Shown here: one piece after another, positions 44,020 through 53,641 of the stretch
Position numbering within the stretch: the first letter of the stretch is position 1
Layout: each line of letters begins with the position of its first letter
IMG/VR virus record: IMGVR_UViG_3300046373_000039
Coordinates: 1 to 64,000 of that record
Source of the DNA: a virus
DNA: 64,000 nt
Strand: one strand, 5' to 3'
Made by a program: the position numbers and the translations under genes
The notes under the pieces: generated by a model
What the model saw: the letters and a program-made list of their open reading frames with translations, nothing else
Databases searched by the model: none
Told to the model about the DNA's origin: nothing

Positions 44020-45462
44020 TTATGTATTGATAATAATGTTGTCTGAAGACAGTGAAGCAATCATATCGAAAGCTACCGGAATACTGTCAGTACCTGTTGG
44101 GCTGGCGGATATACCAATAAACAAGCTATCAATCTCATGACCTTTTACAGTATTGATTGGAGTGAACAACCTACTCCAAATTACATCATCACCAATACCA
44201 AGATTACTATCAAAATAACTAATCAAGGCAGACTTAATATCATCAACACCAGTTCCTGGAAATTCACTGTCTGTAGTAAGATTGATCGTAATATAAACAG
44301 GTAGTGGATCAGGCCGTTCAAAACCAATATTATGAGAAAAACCTTGGGTATCGAAGATAACTACAACTGTATCACCGTAGCTTCTGATACCCATTGGTTT
44401 ATTTTCCCAGATGGTATTTGCAATATCAATACTAACACCACCAAGAACAATGGGCATAAAGCTGTGTGCAGGAACACCAAAAGCATCTACAACATCTGTA
44501 TCATTCTCGTAGATTCTTACTTCCTCAACACCTTCAAGATTAATCAATGCCGAGTACAAAGCTTCAAGAATATTAGAGGCCCGTTCAAACTTAGTCTCTC
44601 TAAACCTTAAGCGAAGCTCCTCATCTGTTTCGAGATTTCTACCAGGACTTGCAGCTTGGGGGTTTGTAACACTGTCCCAACCAAGCTGGGGAGTAAGAAT
44701 AACATTCAATGTATTAGCTTCGGCGTTAACTTCGCCCACTACACTACTCTGAACTTCACCAAGCTTTTGTACTTTAGTAATTCCAATATTAGGGGTAACA
44801 GTGAAAGTTACAACAGAGAATTCATCAACACGACTAATTTTAAGAGACGTACCCTCAATGCTGCTAACAAGGCTTGGGTGGCTTGCAATAATTACAGCAT
44901 TCAACCCAGCAACAATCTCAGCAGCTGTAGCAGAGGCATCACTTGTGAAATTGATCGTGTTAGCGGTAGTGATGGATGTATAAGTTATGCTATAAACTGT
45001 GGTGTTAGAAACCGTTATGGGAGTGACCGTAACACCGACCGCTTGAGAAGGAGAAAGAGCTACAGGAGACAGAATTGTCCACTGACTACTATCAATTGAG
45101 CTACCTACAGTGAGCCCTGATGACACCAGAGTACCATTATCCCCTGAGATGATCACTTGTGCTGTTGAATAGGTCTGCTCTTGTCTAGCGATACCACCAA
45201 GAGCTACAAGGTTATCCAGAGCAATACCCGTTGCAGAATTGGGGTCAAATGCTTGGTAATCAGCTTGTGCTACTTCCCATAAGTCTGCTAAGCTTGGGCT
45301 CACAAGCGCTACAAGCCTACCCAATGCTGAGCTATTGGATGTGTCGACCTGATCACCGGGTTCAACTAAATCTTGAAATAAAGAGGTAGCTTCAGCGCGT
45401 AGGTCTGAGAGTATCTCTGTCATTCTTTTAATTGTAAAGCCTTGGTCAGAAATACCCGCCAT
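44020..45462 (-). CDS. Baseplate J-like wedge protein
   Basis: FDPNSATGIALDNL; GRNLETDEELRLR; YENDT. Confidence 0.9.
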   Translation of the reverse strand: MAGISDQGFTIKRMTEILSDLRAEATSLFQDLVEPGDQVDTSNSSALGRLVALVSPSLADLWEVAQADYQAFDPNSATGIALDNLVALGGIARQEQTYSTAQVIISGDNGTLVSSGLTVGSSIDSSQWTILSPVALSPSQAVGVTVTPITVSNTTVYSITYTSITTANTINFTSDASATAAEIVAGLNAVIIASHPSLVSSIEGTSLKISRVDEFSVVTFTVTPNIGITKVQKLGEVQSSVVGEVNAEANTLNVILTPQLGWDSVTNPQAASPGRNLETDEELRLRFRETKFERASNILEALYSALINLEGVEEVRIYENDTDVVDAFGVPAHSFMPIVLGGVSIDIANTIWENKPMGIRSYGDTVVVIFDTQGFSHNIGFERPDPLPVYITINLTTDSEFPGTGVDDIKSALISYFDSNLGIGDDVIWSRLFTPINTVKGHEIDSLFIGISASPTGTDSIPVAFDMIASLSSDNIIINT

Positions 45463-45471
45463 TTTATTTCC

Positions 45472-45843
45472 TTAATTTATAGGGTTTAAAGTGAGGGGTG
45501 CTGAGATTGTCCCATCCACAACTTTAATTTTAAAAATCAGATCGTAGTGTCTATTAACAAAAGTAGACTCCCAAGACACAATTTCTTTAACGCCTTGGTC
45601 AGATAAAACTTTCTGTTGAAGTATTAAATCAACTGATGCCTTGGATACTTGTTTTTTAGCAAGTATTCTTTGTTCCCAAGGTATGCCATATGTAGTGTCC
45701 AAAAACCATTCACCCATCCACGTTCTGAGAAGGATCAAAAGTCTTTGACCTGTAACTTCCACTGGTGTTTGAGTTGTGTCTTGTTTGAGCAGTGACCCAT
45801 TCCGCCAGATGATATCTCGGTCTGAACCTAGTCTGAAATCCAT
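45472..45843 (-). CDS. Baseplate wedge / gp25-like protein; start MDFRLG
   Basis: GEWFLDTTYGIPW; AAGGT RBS. Confidence 0.75.
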   Translation of the reverse strand: MDFRLGSDRDIIWRNGSLLKQDTTQTPVEVTGQRLLILLRTWMGEWFLDTTYGIPWEQRILAKKQVSKASVDLILQQKVLSDQGVKEIVSWESTFVNRHYDLIFKIKVVDGTISAPLTLNPIN

Positions 45844-45853
45844 AACGTATACC

Positions 45854-46624
45854 TTAATTGCTTGGGGGGGCTGTAGAGGGTGCATGACGGTGTGTGTTGA
45901 ATACTACACCGTTGAAGGTAGCCTGACCCCCGACCAAAGTATAATTACCAGTCTGACTGTAATCCCCTTGATGAATTATCGAACCAATCCATGTGGTTGA
46001 TCCAATGTCTATTGTAGCTGTAGGGGCATTCCAACTAATACTAGAGGCTGCGTTGATAGTTATATCTGAACCTTCAATCACAATGGGCATATTACTTGTG
46101 GTGATACCAATACTCCCATCCACTTTAATTCTAACTTCAGCCTCGACACCACCAAGATTTCCAAATAAAACTGTATCCTTAGTGTCATGAGGCAGTATAT
46201 GTTTCGCTGGGTTATTCACAGCAACTCCGGGAGGTTGGATACCCGGAAGAAAGATAGCGTCACTCTTATCCATCTTAGCAAAATTACTTGGCATTGATGG
46301 TCTACCATTACCAGCCTTCCACCCATCCATGTTTCGCATAGAGAAGATAGCCATACCAGTATCACCAATCTCAATTGGGAATGTAAAGCCTGCTTTCTTG
46401 GAAACTTGGAAAGAGACTGGTATACCCGCCAGTATTGGATACTCTTTAACTGTACCATCTTGAAACTTTTGGTTAATGGTAGGTTGGATATCAACCATTT
46501 GACCATTCAACCCATCTCTGACAGCGACAACAATACAGGGGATATTTGTAAAAACATTATCCATCTGACTGCTGAAGGCACTAACCATTGAGGACTGGAT
46601 TGCTGCCACTGCTTCCGAACTCAT
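45854..46624 (-). CDS. Baseplate central spike (Gp138-like)
   Basis: VDIQP, FPIEIGDTG, SDAIFLPG, terminal HRH iron-binding motif. Confidence 0.85.
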   Translation of the reverse strand: MSSEAVAAIQSSMVSAFSSQMDNVFTNIPCIVVAVRDGLNGQMVDIQPTINQKFQDGTVKEYPILAGIPVSFQVSKKAGFTFPIEIGDTGMAIFSMRNMDGWKAGNGRPSMPSNFAKMDKSDAIFLPGIQPPGVAVNNPAKHILPHDTKDTVLFGNLGGVEAEVRIKVDGSIGITTSNMPIVIEGSDITINAASSISWNAPTATIDIGSTTWIGSIIHQGDYSQTGNYTLVGGQATFNGVVFNTHRHAPSTAPPSN

Positions 46625-47520
46625 CAAGTACCTCCAGATTTAATAACTTTTTCAAGTGACGTTGCACGAATCTCGGTGTACCAGCTTGCGCTTCTCCACC
46701 CCCCTGTGTGCCTAAGAGACTCAACTTTGAACCACCCCGTAATTAAAGTATCTTCTAGCCTGATAATATCTCCAGCTCTTATATCGGGATTTAGCAAGAT
46801 TTTCATTTGAACACCAGGCTTCTTAACTTTATCTTTCTTAGACCTTTGTCTATCACCAGAGACGCGGTAAGGGGTTTCAATCAAACCGGTATACTTAGAA
46901 AGTACATATGCTTGTTGAAAATTCTCAGTGTTGCCTCTGTCATTATCATGGATGTACACAACACCATCATCAAGCTGCCAGTTACAAGCATACTTTTCAC
47001 ACAGCTCGTTAAGCATCTCTTTCGGAGTACCACTAAGAGGATACCCATAGAGGAGGGGACTGTTTAGGTTAGTTCCGTTGAACACTCCACGATCAGCACC
47101 AATCGCTTTAACAAGCCTATTGGCAGCATCTTTAGGGGATTGACCTTCAGGTACAAATTCAGATAAAACTTGATGGTTTAACTCAACGTAACCTGTGCCT
47201 AGAGTGATTTGCGTAATACGATCCGTACCAGATTTACGAGTTGTTACATGAGTAACTTGCCCAGAAAATAATCTTTGTGGTCCACCCGTATCTAAATAAC
47301 CAGCCTCAAATACTGCCGCTGGGTAATCAGTGTCGAGAAGTTTAATGTGCTCATCACTAAGATTATAAATTTCAATCGCTGCACTATTTGTCTTTTTCTT
47401 ATTATCTGAAGATTTAGATATATCAAATGTAACTTGAAGATCTATAATTTCTAGTGCTTCCCCAGATTCGTAATCTCCCACTATCAAGCGGTACTGCCTG
47501 TTGCGTTGTAGTAGGTCCAT
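46624..47520 (-). CDS. Baseplate hub protein
   Basis: FDISKS...IEIYNLS; LLNPDIRAG; position in the tail module. Confidence 0.75.
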   Translation of the reverse strand: MDLLQRNRQYRLIVGDYESGEALEIIDLQVTFDISKSSDNKKKTNSAAIEIYNLSDEHIKLLDTDYPAAVFEAGYLDTGGPQRLFSGQVTHVTTRKSGTDRITQITLGTGYVELNHQVLSEFVPEGQSPKDAANRLVKAIGADRGVFNGTNLNSPLLYGYPLSGTPKEMLNELCEKYACNWQLDDGVVYIHDNDRGNTENFQQAYVLSKYTGLIETPYRVSGDRQRSKKDKVKKPGVQMKILLNPDIRAGDIIRLEDTLITGWFKVESLRHTGGWRSASWYTEIRATSLEKVIKSGGT

Positions 47521-47523
47521 ATA

Positions 47524-47856
47524 TTACTCTTCTGAAAATATATAAAAACAGTTATAGTATTGATCAATCGAATCAGGGTAAACCTTATAAGGCTCACTGA
47601 TAATATCTGCTTTCTCCTCCATCCAAATAAATCCAGTAAGGGGGAAGAAGGCATAATCTAATAAGATTGGGTAATTCGGGACTAAAGCTTCTCCTAGCAC
47701 AATAGGGTTACTATCAGCATCGTACAAATTTATAAAGTATAAAGCAGATCGCTCATTATAAATAAACTCAAGAATATAAGAGTTACCTTGAAAAGCTATT
47801 GTATAAGTGTAGTAAGGATCTGGAAATAAAGGCATTGTTACATACTTATCAGCCAT
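47524..47856 (-). CDS. Baseplate-associated structural protein
   Basis: YNER...LVPNYP; synteny. Confidence 0.6.
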   Translation of the reverse strand: MADKYVTMPLFPDPYYTYTIAFQGNSYILEFIYNERSALYFINLYDADSNPIVLGEALVPNYPILLDYAFFPLTGFIWMEEKADIISEPYKVYPDSIDQYYNCFYIFSEE

Positions 47857-48646
47857 TTTCTCTAGCCTTCCTTAGTGGGTCTGTGTCTTTAGGAGCATTA
47901 TCTCCTGCATTAGCCCCATCAACATCTTGAGGTGTGCTATCTTGTTTACCTTTTGATGCTTTAGTGGAAACTTTCTTTTTTAAAGAGTTTTGTACATCTT
48001 TAGGGATTACAGTTTTCTTCAAGAAAGCAAAAGTAACTTGTTCAAATGTAATATCACAATATAAACCATATCCCGTATTTGCATCTTCCTTAAAAGTAAT
48101 TTTAGTCATCACCAGATTATTAATTACTTTACGAAGGAGGGTGTTGTCATATTCGAACAAACGGACCAATTGAATACTTGGGTCAAACTGTCCCGACTTT
48201 TCATTGAAGATAACCCCAGCAGTAAGATCAATAAGCGCTTGTCTGATCTGTTCAATTAAATCAGTACGCCTACTGTCTATCACAACCTCTGGTGTACTAT
48301 CAGACAGAAATTGTCCAATACTGTCTGGGATAAACTTCTTAAGAACACTTAGGTCTGTTGAGTTCACACTAACAGCAGTAGGGGCTTCGTTGCTGTTATA
48401 AGGAGCATTGCCCTCCAAATCTTGGATTAGGTATGTTCCTGTAGAAATATCCACTCCTGTGATTACAGCGCTGATTGTGAAGACAGGATTATTACGGATA
48501 AAGTGATCCGTAATGTTTCCGCCTTGATCTACAGGATGCTTTGTAACACTGCCAGAATAATTCTGAGTATATGTTTGCACAGCGTCACAGTATATAAAGC
48601 CGCCATCTTCGTCCGAGGAGTCACCCCAACCAATTGCCAAACTCAT
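47849..48646 (-). CDS. Tail tube initiator / Dit-like protein
   Basis: VTKHPVDQGGNITDH; directly after tape measure. Confidence 0.7.
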   Translation of the reverse strand: MSLAIGWGDSSDEDGGFIYCDAVQTYTQNYSGSVTKHPVDQGGNITDHFIRNNPVFTISAVITGVDISTGTYLIQDLEGNAPYNSNEAPTAVSVNSTDLSVLKKFIPDSIGQFLSDSTPEVVIDSRRTDLIEQIRQALIDLTAGVIFNEKSGQFDPSIQLVRLFEYDNTLLRKVINNLVMTKITFKEDANTGYGLYCDITFEQVTFAFLKKTVIPKDVQNSLKKKVSTKASKGKQDSTPQDVDGANAGDNAPKDTDPLRKARENG

Positions 48647-48656
48647 AGGTGACTCC

Positions 48657-50519
48657 TTATTGTTTCACTGGGAATTGAACATTTACTTGATCAAATGATT
48701 GTACAAACATGTTTGCAACAGCTTCACCAATAGCTTGTGCTTGTGCATTGGCATCCATACCTTGTAGGGTTGACCCGTCCACATTAACTTCAATATTGAT
48801 TTCGTTACTGTTGTTATTAACAATACCCATAGCCTTATCTTCAGCAGCAGCTTTAGCCATTTCAGCTTGTTGGTCATCATAACCAGCGGCGTCATGGTAG
48901 TACAAAGAGTTTGGGTCTTCGTAGACAGCCCTACCTCGTTCACGAGCTTTATTTAAGTTAACACCAGTATTATTGATGATATCGCCAAAGATAGCAGCAG
49001 GAGAAGCATACTCCATCCCAAATAAACTTGCTTTCTCTGTAGCACTATTGTTTGTTGGCTCTGTAGGAAGAGCCCCACTTTTCCACTTTTGAAATTCAGC
49101 TATTGCATTCATAATAGAAGCAATTTCTTTGGCGGTTGACTCTAGAGTGGGTAAGAAGTCAAATTTAATAGAAGATATGTCTGTAAATATTTGTTGAATA
49201 TTTTTCCAATCTTCTTGTAGTTGTTTTGTTTTATCAATACCCAACCAGTCAGAAACTACACTATCTTTACCCTCTAGCGCCCTAATAAAAGACTGCGGGA
49301 AAAGGAGCAAATCATCGGCCCATTTGGTGGCTTCATTGAAGCCCTCAGCAAGAGTCCTTACTAGGCCATTGCTTTCACTTAAGCCCGCTGAAAGTGTGCG
49401 AAATATACGGGCAAAACCTTCTTCTACACCTGAGTTTGAAGCTATCACTGCAAGATCAGTTACAGTATTTTGGTACTTAGCTTGTTCCGCTTGCGAGGCA
49501 GCGGAGGCAGCTCCAATTCCCGGAGCTGCTTTTTGTGATGCAATGTTAGCTGCTACATTAAGGATATCACCACGAACTAGACCTTTCTTCATTGCAGCTT
49601 CAAGAGCAATTATTGCTTCAGAACCCGTCAGCTTTCCGCCTGTCTGTTGCTGGTACGCCTGCGCGAAAATATCTTTAGCTCCTGGCAAGCTATTACCAAG
49701 CTGTTTCGTCAATTCTTCGGCTTGAAGTTTATCCTTACCTGCGACTTGACTGAGTGCGTTGAACACTAACTTCTGTCTTTCGGCACTTAGTTTTTGCACC
49801 CTACCATATTCAGAAAACCCTTTAAAAATATTCCGAGCTTGAGCATTGGTTCCACCAGCACCAATAATATTTGCAGTTAGATTATTAAAATCCCCCGATG
49901 CTTGGAGATAATTGAAGCCTACGCGATTTGCTTGGTTTCGCAGCCACTCAAAGTTCTGCTTACCTTCTTCAACAGTACCACCGTTTGCTGTAGACACAGC
50001 CTGAGTTTGTAATTGAGCTGCAACAACCTCTTGGTTTCTTTTATTTAGGGCGCCAAGCCCATAGCCCCCTAATCCTAGCGCAAGTGCTGGGCCAAATAGA
50101 TTAGGCATTCCGCGAAGACCGCCTACACCTCCTGCGACGGCACCAGCGGCAAGTCCCTGTCTTCCCGAACCAACACCCGTCCTGACATTTGGTCTGATAG
50201 TGGCAGCTTCACCAGCAACACGGGTTGCTTGAATCGTGGCCGCAGTCATTACTCTGTTAAGATGTTGCTGATTCACATCAAAACGACTAATCTCAAACAC
50301 TAGCCTAGAGGAAGCTATATCTAACGCATTACCTAAGGCTATATTCAACCGGCGTTGGTCTACATCAAATCTTCCAAGTGATAAAGTTATTGGTGTGTTT
50401 GCAAACTTACCTAACTTCTTTAGTCGATTCTCAACATGATCAAGGGCCTTGTCAACTTTCTTAACGGAAGATTTATCAAGCTCAATCCCCATGCTGGCAA
50501 AGTACTTACTAATCTGCAA
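48657..50519 (-). CDS. Tape measure protein
   Basis: ALSQVAGKDKLQAEELTKQLG tape-measure motif; Ala/Gly-rich. Confidence 0.9.
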   Translation of the reverse strand: MQISKYFASMGIELDKSSVKKVDKALDHVENRLKKLGKFANTPITLSLGRFDVDQRRLNIALGNALDIASSRLVFEISRFDVNQQHLNRVMTAATIQATRVAGEAATIRPNVRTGVGSGRQGLAAGAVAGGVGGLRGMPNLFGPALALGLGGYGLGALNKRNQEVVAAQLQTQAVSTANGGTVEEGKQNFEWLRNQANRVGFNYLQASGDFNNLTANIIGAGGTNAQARNIFKGFSEYGRVQKLSAERQKLVFNALSQVAGKDKLQAEELTKQLGNSLPGAKDIFAQAYQQQTGGKLTGSEAIIALEAAMKKGLVRGDILNVAANIASQKAAPGIGAASAASQAEQAKYQNTVTDLAVIASNSGVEEGFARIFRTLSAGLSESNGLVRTLAEGFNEATKWADDLLLFPQSFIRALEGKDSVVSDWLGIDKTKQLQEDWKNIQQIFTDISSIKFDFLPTLESTAKEIASIMNAIAEFQKWKSGALPTEPTNNSATEKASLFGMEYASPAAIFGDIINNTGVNLNKARERGRAVYEDPNSLYYHDAAGYDDQQAEMAKAAAEDKAMGIVNNNSNEINIEVNVDGSTLQGMDANAQAQAIGEAVANMFVQSFDQVNVQFPVKQ

Positions 50520-50533
50520 TGTTCATTACTCCG

Positions 50534-51105
50534 TCATTTGGGTTTATTCTTTTCAGCCTTTGCTTTATTTATGGCTTGTTGATTTAAAGAATCATACACA
50601 TCAAGAATCTCCAGCTGTTTTAGCATCTGTCTTGTAGAGTATTTCCACTCCATTTCAGCAGCTAACCCAAGACCACCTTTCTCATGCATCGCAATCCTAT
50701 AAATGCTCCAAGGCTGAGAGAACGTCAAATCAATTTCTTTTTCTAAAGTCGTTGGTGGTGCTTTTCCCGATACAGATGTATCAATTACTCTTCTGTATCG
50801 GGTGCCTGAAAAAGTTCTTCGAAGTTGAAATTCAGCACCTCTTTATACAGTTTGTTGAGGTGGGCATACTTACGAGAAAAGAATACATCAAAGCTTTTCT
50901 CAGTAATTTGCATGTTGTCTTTAGAGACATAGTTACAGATGATTTGTTTCATCTGGCTAAGGTCTGCCTTACCTTCATCAATTGCTGCTTGATGCTTTTC
51001 AATAAACATCAAGCCTTTAGTTGCTGGCATAGCACTAACCAAATAGTCTACATCATCAACTGTAATAGTTGTTTGTTCCAATACTTGAAATTGTGGAGCT
51101 GCCAT
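50534..51105 (-). CDS. Tail assembly chaperone with -1 frameshift extension (G/GT-like)
   Basis: ORF 50785-51105; CTTTTTC at 50814-50808 then an 11-bp stem; the -1 frame is open into ORF 50534-50728. Confidence 0.75.
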
Positions 51106-51126
51106 TTATTTTATCTCAGAATTAAA

Positions 51127-51624
51127 CTAAAAAATATTATCTATGAAATTGCCAGCCTCACTCAGTGCCCTGTCTAATAGGTCAGTTGCTGGTTTAGCAT
51201 TTCCCCCGACAGTGTATGTGTCAGTAGTTTGTGCAAAGAATTCCCAATTCCGGTATTCAAACTGACCTGAGAATGTTGCTGTTGGATACCCTGTAATAAA
51301 AGCTTCATTGGAAGAAAATACACTTCGCCCAGATCTATCTTTTAACATCAAAGAAATTCTAGCAGTACCCTCATCTAAATCTAATTCATGAATATATGAA
51401 AGTACATCATTTCCTTGAGAGCTTTGAAGCAGAGATATTGTGAGTGTCGCTGAAGTATCTACATTCCTTACACGAGTATTCTTGCCCCTAATACCCCTAA
51501 CTACAGCAAATCCTTTAACTGTTCTTGAGATAGTAACACTTTGCCAGCCAGTTAATTGATAACCACCAATAGTAAGAACCACATCTTTAGGGTTATAAGT
51601 TTGGACCGTAAAACCATTAGTCAT
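51127..51624 (-). CDS. Tail tube-like structural protein
   Basis: YNPKDVVL...LKDRSG; paralog of the two neighbouring genes. Confidence 0.7.
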   Translation of the reverse strand: MTNGFTVQTYNPKDVVLTIGGYQLTGWQSVTISRTVKGFAVVRGIRGKNTRVRNVDTSATLTISLLQSSQGNDVLSYIHELDLDEGTARISLMLKDRSGRSVFSSNEAFITGYPTATFSGQFEYRNWEFFAQTTDTYTVGGNAKPATDLLDRALSEAGNFIDNIF

Positions 51625-52121
51625 CAGAGTACACCCTCAATAATAGAAGCAGCACCTGATGCAAGGTTGATAAGTTCTTGTAGAATACCACTAGCGTCTT
51701 GGTTACTACCAATATTTATAACAGCTTGGGAGGATTTCAGTATCCAAGTACGAGTGTCAAAGTTTGTACTTTGAATCATATTAGGCACACCCTCAATCCA
51801 AGTGCTGGTAGAGAAGAAAAGGTCAGTCCCTGATAAATCCTTAATAAACAGAGGAAATTTACCAACCTGAGATAACTCATCTAGTTGCCAAAGCTTAGTT
51901 AGAATATCATTAGACGTGGAGCCACGATGGAAAGTTAGTGAAATCGTGTAGGTTTGACTATTAGTATATATCCTAGCAACTTGCCCATCTGTTGTTTCTG
52001 TGGAACCGTAGGCTACTTTATCTTTGCTTATGCTGATAAAAGTTCCATCAGCGAATCCATCTAAAGGTATACCGAAAGCAAGACAATTGACAGCTTCTGG
52101 AGAGTAATTTGCTAATGTCAT
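51624..52121 (-). CDS. Tail tube-like structural protein
   Basis: YSPE...GFADGTFI...IKDLSG. Confidence 0.7.
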   Translation of the reverse strand: MTLANYSPEAVNCLAFGIPLDGFADGTFISISKDKVAYGSTETTDGQVARIYTNSQTYTISLTFHRGSTSNDILTKLWQLDELSQVGKFPLFIKDLSGTDLFFSTSTWIEGVPNMIQSTNFDTRTWILKSSQAVINIGSNQDASGILQELINLASGAASIIEGVL

Positions 52122-52138
52122 TATTATTCCTTAAGTAC

Positions 52139-52160
52139 AAGGGGCCTTTCAGCCCCTATT
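52139..52160 (-). terminator. Terminator after major tube gene
   Basis: AGGGGCT-GAAA-GGCCCCT-TGTACTT. Confidence 0.6.
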
Positions 52161-52165
52161 AGGCA

Positions 52166-52699
52166 TTAAGGATTCAACCGCCAGCGACTCTCAACCGTAC
52201 CACCAGCAGCCTCAACAGCAGCCACTTCAGCAGGAGCCAGAGGGATATTACCACCAATAAACAAGTCGCTACCAAACAGATAGATCTGCCAATCACGGGT
52301 AGAAGTTTCTGAACTAAACTCTACAGCAGGTGGTGCAGCGATGATAGCGCTGTTAGAAGAAACAACAGTCTGACCACTCAAATCTTTGATGGTTACAGAA
52401 AAAACCCATGTATTATCTGTGGTTTGAGCATCAGCAATTTGAAGTTGTTGCAAAACAGTGTTTGATGGTGAATATTGATGCAAAGTAACATCAACAGTCA
52501 TACCAGTTACTTTACGCTTAACTCGACCGAATGAATTAGAAGTGCCAACACCCTGATAGGGGGTAGAACTTGGAACCAAGCGGTTCATTGAAACGAAAGT
52601 ACCGTCTGCAAAACCGCTTACAGTGTGTACAAAGTCACCTTTCGAAATAACAATTGTAAAATCGTCAGGGGAGTAGTTACCAATATAATTTGAAGCCAT
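52166..52699 (-). CDS. Tail tube protein (DUF3277-like)
   Basis: YSPDD...GFADGTFV...SPSN...IKDLSG; downstream of sheath. Confidence 0.8.
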   Translation of the reverse strand: MASNYIGNYSPDDFTIVISKGDFVHTVSGFADGTFVSMNRLVPSSTPYQGVGTSNSFGRVKRKVTGMTVDVTLHQYSPSNTVLQQLQIADAQTTDNTWVFSVTIKDLSGQTVVSSNSAIIAAPPAVEFSSETSTRDWQIYLFGSDLFIGGNIPLAPAEVAAVEAAGGTVESRWRLNP

Positions 52700-52701
52700 T
52701 G

Positions 52702-53580
52702 TTAATTTTCCTGTGTTGCCCAGCTAAAACCGGGTGTATTATTCTTGAGACGGTTATAAATCATCTTCTTAGTAAACTCAGTATTTCTAGCCGCTTCTAA
52801 GATAGAGCCGTAGACAACACCGTTTATTTCTACAGGTTTAGACCTGTGATGGGCAAATCCAGTCCTTCCGAACATATGATTTTCTTCACCTTTTTGACCC
52901 TTAGGTCTCCCACATTGCTCTATAAAACCATCCCTAATTCTTTTATATAAAGCACTTTTCTTTTGACCTAAATAATTAGCGGCTCTAGTCAATGTATCAA
53001 ACCAAAATCCTGCAACATATGTTGGTATTTCAATGGAATCTTTACGCGGTTTAAAGGTACGTTGTGTATGTCCTAAGTTACCGTCTCTACGCCACTTGTG
53101 AAGTTGCGTTATATTTACAGATAACGCAATGGAAGCATCTTCTAGATGAGGAAACCAGAAGCCAGATACATAGTGCGGGTCATATTCTTTTCTTCGACCA
53201 ATCACTATTCCCTTATTCCAAGCCACGTTCTCCGAATGGTATTTGTTAAGCCCTTCTGAAATTTTAACTTTCATCTCATTCGACAAAAGTATTGCTCCAG
53301 TTTTAGGGTTTCCCAAAATCAGGTTGTAACCCTCTTCTATAGAGTTGTATGCAACAATAGCCTTCTCTTCTAGATCAAGGATATAAGACTCTTCTCCTAC
53401 ACACAATATAACATACTCAAAATTCTCCGAACGGTATTTTTGGATAGAGTTTCTAAGTTTCGTGCAAGTTGAGTACGGACTGCAATGCTCTTTAAATCTT
53501 GTGTCTGGTCTACACGTCATACCAATATAAACTTTCTGATTTATTTTATTAGTAATCTTGTATAAGTAAAATTTACGCAT
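52702..53580 (-). CDS. GIY-YIG homing endonuclease; start MRKFYLY
   Basis: YLYKITNKINQKVYIG, GYNL, WNKG, repeated VxGFWF modules, NUMOD-like tail; GGAGG RBS. Confidence 0.85.
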   Translation of the reverse strand: MRKFYLYKITNKINQKVYIGMTCRPDTRFKEHCSPYSTCTKLRNSIQKYRSENFEYVILCVGEESYILDLEEKAIVAYNSIEEGYNLILGNPKTGAILLSNEMKVKISEGLNKYHSENVAWNKGIVIGRRKEYDPHYVSGFWFPHLEDASIALSVNITQLHKWRRDGNLGHTQRTFKPRKDSIEIPTYVAGFWFDTLTRAANYLGQKKSALYKRIRDGFIEQCGRPKGQKGEENHMFGRTGFAHHRSKPVEINGVVYGSILEAARNTEFTKKMIYNRLKNNTPGFSWATQEN

Positions 53581-53635
53581 TAAAACCTCCCAGTAAATAA
53601 ATATTGATTTTACCACATGAGAGGTTTTAACACAA
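53580..53635 (-). promoter_or_regulatory. RBS-sequestering hairpin with an embedded promoter
   Basis: TTAAAACCTC...GAGGTTTTAA 10-bp stem; TTGTGT-N17-TAAAAT with TG extension. Confidence 0.6.
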
Positions 53636-53641
53636 GGCATT

